The notes under the pieces were generated by a model. It was not told the DNA's origin. It saw only the letters and a list, made by a program, of their open reading frames with translations, and did not search any database. Made by a program: the position numbers and the translations under genes. A stretch of DNA of 57,775 nucleotides from an uncultured archaeon (GTDB taxonomy: Archaea; Asgardarchaeota; Thorarchaeia; Thorarchaeales; Thorarchaeaceae): positions 1 through 57,775 of the forward strand of contig CAZLEV010000018.1 in the NCBI GenBank assembly GCA_964558645.1, in the 5' to 3' direction. This document shows, in pieces, positions 18,430-27,149 of this stretch; position 1 is the stretch's first letter; each line of letters opens with the position of its first letter.

Positions 18430-19098
18430 TCAACCGAGTCTGATGTCTAGTCCCTTCTCAAGAAGCGTGATTGCCAGAACAACATCTTCCTCTGTGACAG
18501 TCTTGTCATCTATCTGGAGAACGATGTCACTAGAGGGATGGCCCTCAAGAAACAGTATGACGGGGTCAAGAGATGTAGGCGCAGCCAGACTTAGTAAGGG
18601 TCCGGCTACTCCATCATAATAATCTCCATATCCCCGAGGAACTTCCATTCTCTCCAGAAGAAGACCTCCTTTCTTTGAGAGTGCTTGTCCGCAGGATGCA
18701 GCGTCATGACTCATCATTCCGAAGACAAAGCGGCTTGGCACGTTCGCTGTGAGATAGAACAGGAGATCTGGAACCCATTCATGGTCGCGAATGAAGACGT
18801 CTCCAAACACCAACATCAAGTCACCTGCTGCAAGAGCCTGAATGGGTATCACTGGGGGCTTGATGTCCGAAGGATATCGGTTCCAGGTTGAGAATGCTGA
18901 GGAGTTGAAGATAAGCAGCGTTTCAAAATAGTTGTCATGGTATATCCTTCGACAGACTGCTTGGCCCAAAGGATTGAGTCCCAAGATAATTGAGTATGTC
19001 TGGTCTATCTCCTGCTTCTTGTATACTTCGAGAATGGGGCTGATCCATTCCTGTTCGAATCCCGGCATTTCTTCTCCGTAGATACCTCTAAGTTTCAT
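18430..19098 (-). CDS. Hypothetical alpha/beta protein, possibly PAC2 (proteasome assembly chaperone)-like fold
   Basis: Good ORF with GAAGGAA upstream. IILGLNPLGQAV and DGVAGPLLSLA loosely match PAC-family patterns (weak). Confidence 0.5.
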   Translation of the reverse strand: MKLRGIYGEEMPGFEQEWISPILEVYKKQEIDQTYSIILGLNPLGQAVCRRIYHDNYFETLLIFNSSAFSTWNRYPSDIKPPVIPIQALAAGDLMLVFGDVFIRDHEWVPDLLFYLTANVPSRFVFGMMSHDAASCGQALSKKGGLLLERMEVPRGYGDYYDGVAGPLLSLAAPTSLDPVILFLEGHPSSDIVLQIDDKTVTEEDVVLAITLLEKGLDIRLG

Positions 19099-19304
19099 CA
19101 GTTAAATCGTTTCCTTCTCTTATTTCGAATGTACCGTGCCCATTTATCTGCTGAACTTGAGATACGGTGGGTTCTCCCTGCGTCGTGATGACCACCGGCG
19201 CGCTCCTCCTCTCAAAGCGATGCTTTCCAAAGTTATTTATGCAAGGCTTAGAGGCTGCATTCTCAACCGAGAACGACCTGAGAAGGTCGATGAGGATACC
19301 ACCC

Positions 19305-20567
19305 ATGACGAATCACGAAACAAACCCCTGGCAAAATTTCCTTGTATCGCTGCATGGTGCTGCTGATGTTATGAGTCTCGATGAGAGCATCCTCAAGTTC
19401 ATCGAGAATCCTTACCGAACGGTAATCGCTTATTTTCCTGTGGTTATGGATGACGGACGAGTGGAGATCTTTGAAGGTATCAGAGTTCAACACTCCCGCG
19501 TCCGCGGTCCCTGCAAAGGAGGCATTCGCTACAGTCCAGAAGTCGATTTGGACGAGGTGAAGGCGCTGGCTGCTCTTATGACGTTCAAGAGCGCAGTCGT
19601 GAACATCCCATTTGGCGGAGCGAAGGGCGGAGTTGTCTGCGATCCCTGGACCATGAGTCACGACGAACTCAAGCGATTGACCAGGAGGTTCACTTACAGC
19701 ATCAGTGATGTAATTGGACCGAAGACTGACATTCCTGCTCCGGATGTTAACACCAACTCAGAAACCATGGCCTGGATCATGGACACATATTCAATGATAA
19801 AGGGTCAAATCGAACCGGGTGTTGTCACCGGCAAACCCATTGAGATTGGCGGTAGCGCCGGAAGAACTGAGGCCACAGGTCGCGGCGTCTTCTTCACAAT
19901 GGAACAGGCCCTGAAGTACAAAGACATGCCAATGGAAAACACGACCATCGCCCTCCAAGGATTCGGTAATGTGGGAAGCTACTTCGCCCTCTTCGCTAAT
20001 CAGGCCGGTGCGAAAGTCGTAGCTATCACAGACGCATTCGGAGGAGTATATGATCCAGACGGTCTAGACATTCCAAAGCTCTTTGAATACGCTCAAAATC
20101 ACCCCAAGAGGTCCGTTGAAGGGTTCCCAGGTGTCGATTCGATGAGGAATGAAGAGATATTCGGAGTTGACGTTGATATCGTTGCCCCTTGTGCTCTTGG
20201 CGATGTTCTCACTACTGAAAACGCAGACTCAGTCAAGGCGTCAATCATACTCGAGGGAGCCAACGGGCCCACAACCCCAGGTGCTGACAAGATCTTCACT
20301 GAAAAAGGCATCATGGTTGTTCCCGATATCTTGGCGAATGCTGGGGGAGTGACTGTTTCCTACTTCGAGTGGGTACAGGGACTCCAACGTTTCTTCTGGA
20401 AAGAAGAACAGGTCAACGAAGCCTTGAAGGACATCATGGTCCAGTCCTTTGCTGACGTATGCAAGACTGCTCAGGAGTATGGCATCAAGAACCTACGTAC
20501 TGCAGCACTTGTGCTTTCAGTGAAACGGGTTGCAAAGGCTGTTGAGCTTCGAGGAATATTCCCGTAG
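19305..20567 (+). CDS. gdhA: Glu/Leu/Phe/Val dehydrogenase (glutamate dehydrogenase)
   Basis: RGPCKGGIRY, PFGGAKGG, DIPAPDVNT, GRTEATGRG, QGFGNVG, EGANGP, PDILANAGGVTVSYFEW. Start refined to ATG 19305. Confidence 0.95.
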   Translation: MTNHETNPWQNFLVSLHGAADVMSLDESILKFIENPYRTVIAYFPVVMDDGRVEIFEGIRVQHSRVRGPCKGGIRYSPEVDLDEVKALAALMTFKSAVVNIPFGGAKGGVVCDPWTMSHDELKRLTRRFTYSISDVIGPKTDIPAPDVNTNSETMAWIMDTYSMIKGQIEPGVVTGKPIEIGGSAGRTEATGRGVFFTMEQALKYKDMPMENTTIALQGFGNVGSYFALFANQAGAKVVAITDAFGGVYDPDGLDIPKLFEYAQNHPKRSVEGFPGVDSMRNEEIFGVDVDIVAPCALGDVLTTENADSVKASIILEGANGPTTPGADKIFTEKGIMVVPDILANAGGVTVSYFEWVQGLQRFFWKEEQVNEALKDIMVQSFADVCKTAQEYGIKNLRTAALVLSVKRVAKAVELRGIFP

Positions 20568-20591
20568 CCAATCTGTTTGAAGCCATTGTGA

Positions 20592-20644
20592 GTGCCCCTG
20601 CAGAGGTCCAAGCGTCTGATTGTGGCGACAGCTGCAGGTGGCAC
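20592..20644 (+). terminator. GC-rich inverted repeat 25 nt after gdhA (terminator or 3'UTR stem)
   Basis: GTGCC-CCTGCAG ... CTGCAGG-T-GGCAC: a 12-bp stem with one bulge. Confidence 0.45.
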
Positions 20645-21059
20645 CGTTCATCATATGTTGCGCAGACTTAGACACTAGAGAGTTGTCCAAGCAAGTCGCG
20701 ATACTGGGTGATCTCCGACGATGTCAGCAATGCTGTATGAGTGACCAACTCTCAGTCATGGGTTCGAGGATATAGACTGCTACGTTGAACGATCCAGCTC
20801 TGTCCAACTCTTCTGTAGATGTTGGTGTAACCCAGTCTGATTCTGCTATCCATAAGAGGTTCCCGCTATTCTTCATTTCCTAGATTGCAGAAGTCAAAAG
20901 CTGTCAGGTGCCATAGCCGCTTTGTTTCGCATCGAGGAAAGCTGAGTCGATTTGACTACTTCAGATTCCTGTTCTCTCCCATGCGAATCCGCAATACTCT
21001 CTGCCAAGTCGACAAGGCTGTGAACTGCAGGATGTGCTAGGGCCTGAAAATTCACTTTC

Positions 21060-21662
21060 CTATTTTCTAACTACCTCAAGAAGCTCCGACAGGCGTCCTT
21101 TGACATCATTTTCAAGGGTTCTAAGCTCAGCTAGTCTGCGAATCTGGTCAACTCTGGCTTTCCTATATTCTTCATCGGAAACCTTCCCACTTCGGCGTTT
21201 CAATTCCAGATCGTCCATCTCCGACGTGATCTCCTTGCGTCGACCCATGATTAAGTCAAAACCTTGTTTCAGTGACATCCACTCAATCATAGCGTTAGTC
21301 TTTTCCTGTTCTATCCTCTCTCTTCGACGTTTCGCTGCTTCCTGTTCCTTAAGCTGCTTGTTGGCCGCCCGTATTTCACGTTGTATTTCATATAGTCGGG
21401 ACTCAACCTCGCGCTTCACTTGGACCATCTGAGTTGACTGGAGCCACTTCTCCCTGTACTTCTCATTATGCTCTCGCTCAGATATCTCTTTGTTCTCGAG
21501 CTGCTTGTCCAAGTCATTCAGTTCATCGCGTACCTGGGAGAGGTTCGCTTGGATCTCCTTGTAGGACTTTCTTAGGGCAACCCATTCGACAGAGTACTGT
21601 GACAGAACTTCCTTCGGGTCTAGATAGAGATAGTCATCCGGGACATCTTCACCGTGACTCAT
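21060..21662 (-). CDS. Coiled-coil protein with internal tandem duplication (CdvA-like helical hairpins)
   Basis: ATG 21662 after GGAGGA. Repeats EWVAL...DLDKQLENKEISEREH...VESRLYEI and EWMSL...DLELKRRSGKVSDEEY...VKGRLSEL. Confidence 0.7.
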   Translation of the reverse strand: MSHGEDVPDDYLYLDPKEVLSQYSVEWVALRKSYKEIQANLSQVRDELNDLDKQLENKEISEREHNEKYREKWLQSTQMVQVKREVESRLYEIQREIRAANKQLKEQEAAKRRRERIEQEKTNAMIEWMSLKQGFDLIMGRRKEITSEMDDLELKRRSGKVSDEEYRKARVDQIRRLAELRTLENDVKGRLSELLEVVRK

Positions 21663-21816
21663 AATGGATTGTCCTCCAGTTATCACTAGAGTCCTGCTTG
21701 TAGGTTTTAAGCTATTCTCATAGGTACATGGAGGTACATGTGGCTTCGTCCGTACTGAATAGTCTAGGACTCGTAACATCTAAGAATGCGTTTGTTGGTG
21801 AAGATTGTGAATTACC

Positions 21817-22884
21817 ATGGATCTGAGAATTGAGCGCGCATCAGATGATGAACTCAAGCCGAAGCCAGGGGACCCGATGAGTCTCTCGTTTGGCACTGTT
21901 TTCACTGACCATATGCTCATAATGCGGTATTCCGATGGTGAGTGGCATCAGCTCAGGATAGAGCCCTACCATTCACTGAGTCTGGATCCTTCAGCCATGG
22001 TCCTTCACTATGGTCAGGGCATTTTTGAGGGGATGAAGGCATACCGAAGAGGAGATGATATCTACCTCTTCCGTCCGGAGATGAACATGAAACGTCTGAA
22101 TTCATCGGCTGAGAGGATGGTCATTCCCACCATTGATGTTGAAAAAGCCCTTGAAGCGATGAAGGAACTACTCCGCATCGAGAGGGACTGGATCCCCCAA
22201 GAAAAGGGGACCTCACTGTACATGCGGCCCACAATAATCGCTACCGAACCACGGTTGGGGGTCAGTCCATCCTCTGAGTATCTCTTCTACGTCATTCTAA
22301 GCCCTGCAGGCCCCTATTTCAAAGAAGGCTTCAATCCCATAAGTGTCATGATTTCACAGAAGTATGTTCGGGCAGTTCGAGGTGGAGTCGGACATGCAAA
22401 GACCATGGGGAACTACGCCGCCAGTCTGAAAGCGAATGTGAAGGCCACAGAAGCTGGCTTTTCGCAGACCCTCTATTTGGACGCCATTGAACGCAACTAC
22501 ATCGAGGAGTGCGGCACGATGAACGTGTTTGTACGTTTTGACGATGAGCTTACTACTCCACCACTTGCTGGCACCATTCTTCCGGGTATTACTCGAGACT
22601 CGGTCATTCAGCTCGCACGCGACTGGGGCATCCAAACCAGTGAGAGAAGGATATCAATCGAAGAGGTCATAGATGGAATCGAGTCGGGACGGACATTGGA
22701 GGTCTTCGGGACCGGCACTGCGGCCATAATAGCCCCAATAGGGGTCATCGGCTATGAGGGAAAGAGATATCAAGTCGGTGGAGGAGAAGTGGGAGATCTA
22801 TCGAAACGTCTGTTCGAGGAGATAACAGGACTGCAAAGAGGCATTGTAGAGGACACACATGGTTGGGTTGAGCGAATATCGTAG
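21817..22884 (+). CDS. ilvE: Branched-chain amino acid aminotransferase
   Basis: FGTVFTDHM, LHYGQGIFEGMKAYR, SLYMRP, AKTMGNYAAS, EECGTMN, ILPGITR, GTGTAA. Confidence 0.95.
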   Translation: MDLRIERASDDELKPKPGDPMSLSFGTVFTDHMLIMRYSDGEWHQLRIEPYHSLSLDPSAMVLHYGQGIFEGMKAYRRGDDIYLFRPEMNMKRLNSSAERMVIPTIDVEKALEAMKELLRIERDWIPQEKGTSLYMRPTIIATEPRLGVSPSSEYLFYVILSPAGPYFKEGFNPISVMISQKYVRAVRGGVGHAKTMGNYAASLKANVKATEAGFSQTLYLDAIERNYIEECGTMNVFVRFDDELTTPPLAGTILPGITRDSVIQLARDWGIQTSERRISIEEVIDGIESGRTLEVFGTGTAAIIAPIGVIGYEGKRYQVGGGEVGDLSKRLFEEITGLQRGIVEDTHGWVERIS

Positions 22885-22963
22885 ATGGCCTGCTCCCATG
22901 AATCTCTTTGACCACATTAGTAACCTTTTTTGCGTGTTAGTTAGATGACAGCAGGTCTGCGAG

Positions 22964-23461
22964 GTGCCATACTTGGCAAAACAACTCATAGTTGATTACA
23001 CAAAATGCACAGGCTGTCGCATCTGCGAGCTTGCATGCTCTGCAAAGCAAGAAGGTGTCTTCCAGCCCAGCCTGGCCCGACTGAAGATTGTGAAATATGA
23101 TGACTTGGGCGTTGATGTCCCCAATGTCTGCGGGCCCTGTGAGGAGGCACCATGTGTAGATGTCTGTCCGGTCTACGCGATGCGACGTGACCCAATCACA
23201 AAGATGATCTACCTCGATGAAGACAAATGCATCTTATGCAAGTCGTGTGTTGGTGTATGTGTGAATGGGGTGATACGATTGGACACTGGGTCTATGAGGA
23301 TCATCAAGTGCAATCATTGTGATGGTGATCCTGAATGTGTCAAGATGTGCCCCACACACGCGATTACCTATGGAACACCTTCTCAGTCTGCAGTGGCAGA
23401 CCGTCATGAGAAGCTGGGGAAATACCTGAGCGAGGTCAGAAGAACTGCTAAGGCGCAGTAA
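22964..23461 (+). CDS. 4x[4Fe-4S] dicluster ferredoxin-like subunit (AOR partner)
   Basis: CTGCRICELAC, CGPCEEAPCVDVCP, CILCKSCVGVC, KCNHC..DPECVKMCP. Confidence 0.9.
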   Translation: MPYLAKQLIVDYTKCTGCRICELACSAKQEGVFQPSLARLKIVKYDDLGVDVPNVCGPCEEAPCVDVCPVYAMRRDPITKMIYLDEDKCILCKSCVGVCVNGVIRLDTGSMRIIKCNHCDGDPECVKMCPTHAITYGTPSQSAVADRHEKLGKYLSEVRRTAKAQ

Positions 23462-23476
23462 TGCTGGAGGCTTTGG

Positions 23477-25369
23477 ATGCAACTAGGTGGATATCAGGGC
23501 CGAATTCTTCGCGTGAATCTGAGTGACGAAACAGTTTCCGTAGACAAACTGCCCAAGGAATGGATTGAAGACTACATCGGCGGTGATGGCTTTGCAGCTC
23601 GACTCCTCTACGAAGAGGTTCCGGGCAGAACGAATCCCCTCTCTCCTGAAAACAAGCTGATAATCGCAACGGGCCCGATAACGGGAACGCTATGGCCCAT
23701 GAGTGGGCGGACAGTGTTCGTGTCAAAGGCTGCACAGACTGGCATTTGGGGTGAGAGTCATGTTGGTGGTTTTCTGGGTCCAGAGCTAAAATACGCAGGA
23801 TATGACTTGCTTGTTGTAGAAGGGGCGGCCGAGAAGCCTGTCTATATCGCAGTTGAGGACTCGTTGACGGAGATCAGAAGCGCGAATGAGTTCTGGGGAA
23901 TGAAGACTGATGAGGCAACAGAGGCCATCAAGAAACACCACAGGGACTCGGACATGCAAGTCGCAGCCATCGGGCCTGCGGGAGAGAAGCAGGTCAGATT
24001 TTCCTCAATCATTGTGAATCATGCAAGAGCCGCCGGTCGAAGCGGGATGGGTGCTGTACTCGGTTCGAAGAATGTGAAGGCTATCGGAATCCGTGGTCAT
24101 GGCAGGGTGAGTGTTGCCCATCATGATGGATTTGTGGAGCTTGCCAAGAAGGCTCACAACCGAGTGAGAACCAACCCTCAGGCTCAGGAGATGCATCGGT
24201 GGGGGACTTGGATTCTTACGGCGGTCAAGCAAGAAATAGGCGAGCTGCCCACCTTCAATCACAGGACTGGGGTCTTTGAGGGATGGGAAGGCCTTAGTGG
24301 AGACTACATCCGCCCTCGGTATACGGTCTCGGACCGCGCCTGTTTCGGTTGCAGTCTGGGATGCAAGAAGGTGAACTACGTAAAGTCTGGTCGTTATGCC
24401 GGCACATTGGAAGAGGGCCCAGAATACGAGGGACTGATGTCATTTGGAAGTCTTCTGGGTATCTCTGATTATCCTACAACTCTGAAGGCTAATGAGATAT
24501 GTAACCAGTACGGGATGGATATCATCTCCGCAGGTGCGACTATTGCATTTGCAATAGAGGCCTTTGAAGAAGGACTTATCGATGTCAATATTACTGGCGG
24601 ACTCGAGCTGAGATGGGGTGACTCGGAAACGGTCATCAAGCTTCTAGAGATGATTGGACGGAGGGAGGGTTTTGGGAAGACTCTCTCCCTTGGTTCGAAA
24701 GGTGCAGCTGAAGAGATTGGTCGCGGAACCGAACGTTACGCGATGCATGTCAAGGGTCTTGAGATATCTGGTCAAGATGGCCGTACGCATAGAAGCATAG
24801 GGTTGGCTCATGCTACTGGTGCTAGAGGTGCAGATCACTTGAGGAGTCTTGTCACAGTGGATCAACTCGGATATGAGGATGTTGCCGCCGAGCGATGGGG
24901 CGCCGATAAGCTCCCGGAGATTATCAATCCGTACACCGAGAAGTATAAAGCTGCAGCTGTTGTTGAGACCGAGAACGCGTACTGCTTGCGCGACACACTC
25001 ATCGTTTGCTGGTATTCGGTATCTTGGCCGCCTATTTTCTGGGTGGAGGACTTTGCTGAGGTGTTACCCCTCGCAACAGGAATCCAGTCTCTGGGAGATA
25101 TTGATCGTCTGACAGAGATTGCTGAGCGCCAAGTCACGCTCAAGAGGCTCTTCAACGCCAGAGAGGGAATAACACGGGAGGATGATACCTTACCGGACCG
25201 GTTCACAAAGACACCAATGCCCGAAGGGCCCGGAAAGGGACAGATGGTGGATCTTGGTCCTATGTTGAATGATTATTACAGACTGAGAGGCTGGGACCAT
25301 GAAACGGGTCTTCCAACTGATGAAACCATCGACAGACTACGTCTATCATGGGCCAGAGAGTACAGATAG
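23477..25369 (+). CDS. aor: Tungsten-dependent aldehyde:ferredoxin oxidoreductase family
   Basis: GRILRVNLS, GPELKYAGYD, IGPAGE, AAGRSGMGAVLGSKNVKAI, CFGCSLGC, EGPEYE, DDTLPDRF, YYRLRGWD. Confidence 0.93.
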   Translation: MQLGGYQGRILRVNLSDETVSVDKLPKEWIEDYIGGDGFAARLLYEEVPGRTNPLSPENKLIIATGPITGTLWPMSGRTVFVSKAAQTGIWGESHVGGFLGPELKYAGYDLLVVEGAAEKPVYIAVEDSLTEIRSANEFWGMKTDEATEAIKKHHRDSDMQVAAIGPAGEKQVRFSSIIVNHARAAGRSGMGAVLGSKNVKAIGIRGHGRVSVAHHDGFVELAKKAHNRVRTNPQAQEMHRWGTWILTAVKQEIGELPTFNHRTGVFEGWEGLSGDYIRPRYTVSDRACFGCSLGCKKVNYVKSGRYAGTLEEGPEYEGLMSFGSLLGISDYPTTLKANEICNQYGMDIISAGATIAFAIEAFEEGLIDVNITGGLELRWGDSETVIKLLEMIGRREGFGKTLSLGSKGAAEEIGRGTERYAMHVKGLEISGQDGRTHRSIGLAHATGARGADHLRSLVTVDQLGYEDVAAERWGADKLPEIINPYTEKYKAAAVVETENAYCLRDTLIVCWYSVSWPPIFWVEDFAEVLPLATGIQSLGDIDRLTEIAERQVTLKRLFNAREGITREDDTLPDRFTKTPMPEGPGKGQMVDLGPMLNDYYRLRGWDHETGLPTDETIDRLRLSWAREYR

Positions 25370-25378
25370 GCCCGACCT

Positions 25379-26335
25379 TCAGAATCGTTCGTACTCAACA
25401 CGGTGGGTAGAGCCGCACGATGGGCAGGCATATTGATCGGGTCCAGTCCAGTCAATAGATTCCCACGTCATTGGTGCATTGCAGTTTGTGCACCTGTCTC
25501 TTATCACTGGTTTCACGTAGACAGTTGTGCCGGGACTAGATGATGCTGCTGCTTGGAAGTCCTGGTGACTCTCTTTTGCAACCTGTGATGGACCCTCGGC
25601 CATGTCGCTATAGGTATACTGCGATAAGGGATGGCGTGGCTGAATATAGCTGAACGGTCTGATCAGCCAGTCAAGATGTTCCTTTGGGACACTGTTCCAC
25701 GAACGTTGCTGCCACAACTTCAGAAGATGATCCTGTCTCGGAACCTTTCCTCTGATGTCGAACTTCCCGCTGGTAGCTTGAATCTTGAGTCGATCTCTCT
25801 TCGCTTCGAAAGTCTCTACCATGTGTAACGGAAACATATACAGTTTTTTGCGCCTGGAGTCATACTGGTAGAGTCGATAGTTAGTTAGAATGAAACTGTC
25901 TGGCCAATAGGTGAAAACTTCCTCTCCCTTCAGCCAAGCGAACTCTTTGTAGAAGTGCTTTGAGAATGGACGATGGTAGCCAACCGTTATCCAACGGTTA
26001 TAGGGATGGTCAGGATGAACGAAAGGCACGCCGCATACTTCGCAGAGCTTCCTCTGGTCACCCATCCTAAGGTTGTCGAACTCTCTGAGCCCGAGGGCAC
26101 CTCTTATTTCATCGCTTCGTGGCATGGCCCCTATCACATTAACAATTCCATTGATAACTTTGAACATGGCTGACTTCGGTGTCAGCTTGTACTCTGTAAT
26201 CATGTGCAGAGGTATACTCGTGCTGCTTCCTGAGCCTCTATCATTCTGGATGTATCTGAAGTTGCTGATGATGTATTCACTGCTCTCAGCGATAATCCGC
26301 TCGCCTTCTATGGGTATGTAGACTAGAGTTGGCAA
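25379..26335 (-). CDS. Tandem PH-like (bPH/GRAM-type) domain protein with C-terminal Zn ribbon
   Basis: Repeats GERII..YIISNFRYI..SIPLHMI and GEEVF..FILTNYRLY..MFPLHMV; C-terminal CTNC..CPSC. Confidence 0.65.
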   Translation of the reverse strand: MPTLVYIPIEGERIIAESSEYIISNFRYIQNDRGSGSSTSIPLHMITEYKLTPKSAMFKVINGIVNVIGAMPRSDEIRGALGLREFDNLRMGDQRKLCEVCGVPFVHPDHPYNRWITVGYHRPFSKHFYKEFAWLKGEEVFTYWPDSFILTNYRLYQYDSRRKKLYMFPLHMVETFEAKRDRLKIQATSGKFDIRGKVPRQDHLLKLWQQRSWNSVPKEHLDWLIRPFSYIQPRHPLSQYTYSDMAEGPSQVAKESHQDFQAAASSSPGTTVYVKPVIRDRCTNCNAPMTWESIDWTGPDQYACPSCGSTHRVEYERF

Positions 26336-26411
26336 CTTGGGATGCTCCAGAGTTCTTTATTCAATCGTGTTCTAGCTGTCGGAGAGGCCTATAAAGATTC
26401 ATGGTAAGTCT

Positions 26412-26627
26412 TCACTGTTGTCTTGGAATTGATATGTACAGAATGTCCTCATAGGCAAGAATACCATATCCTGATGGATTCTCTAGCTTGACATAGTCCT
26501 CATTGATTTCATTGACTCGTACATTGGGTATCTTGGCGAGTGTATCCTTTTGCATATACTTGAGGTAGATTGTGAAAGTCTGTCCCTTGCTCTTCAGATC
26601 TTGAAATATAGACATCCAGTTAGGCAT
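26412..26627 (-). CDS. Small Sm/Hfq-like (SH3-barrel) fold protein
   Basis: N-terminal helix followed by a beta pattern: FTIYL..VRVNEINEDYVKLE..GILAYEDILYISI. GAGGA upstream. Confidence 0.55.
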   Translation of the reverse strand: MPNWMSIFQDLKSKGQTFTIYLKYMQKDTLAKIPNVRVNEINEDYVKLENPSGYGILAYEDILYISIPRQQ

Positions 26628-26670
26628 TCGTGTGGTCCTCCAGTTTTGTCTAATGCATGAGTTTTTCCAT

Positions 26671-27144
26671 TTAACACTTGCCTAAGATGACGTCGGCGTT
26701 ACTGACAACAACGCCTTTGATTTCCAAAGACTCCAAGATGCGTAGTAGCTCCTTCCGAACATCGCCTTTACCCAAGTATCTGAAGAGGTGTGTGGTGCAT
26801 CCTGTTCGGCAGTCCGATGATCCGAACCCAACTGGTCCCTTCTCGAATTCAGATTGTTCTCCGATTGCCTGAGCAAGAACACACTCGGATTTCTCGTCGG
26901 TCTCTGAATAGATGGCGAAGTTCGGCACCAATCTGCCATCGAGAAGGTAATCGATATGCCAATGCGTCTTCTTGTTCGTGGAGAAATGGCGTGCAATTCT
27001 TCTCTCGATACTTGTGGAACTTGCGCCCATTGCCGATCCGACGTAGACCCAAGACCCTTCCTCGAATTCATGAGGACCAAGTGCTCCAACATCTCTGAGC
27101 ATCGCTTCTTTGATATGCATTACTAAGAGATAGACTCCTCTCAT
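26671..27144 (-). CDS. DUF123 / GIY-YIG (Uri) family nuclease
   Basis: GVYLL, YVGSA, RIARH, HWHIDYLL, GFGSSDC..GC.THLF. Confidence 0.85.
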   Translation of the reverse strand: MRGVYLLVMHIKEAMLRDVGALGPHEFEEGSWVYVGSAMGASSTSIERRIARHFSTNKKTHWHIDYLLDGRLVPNFAIYSETDEKSECVLAQAIGEQSEFEKGPVGFGSSDCRTGCTTHLFRYLGKGDVRKELLRILESLEIKGVVVSNADVILGKC

Positions 27145-27149
27145 ACACG

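Noticed and set aside
20592-20644. SECIS element after gdhA
   Set aside because: gdhA has no in-frame TGA, and I could not see a convincing SECIS core in the stem.
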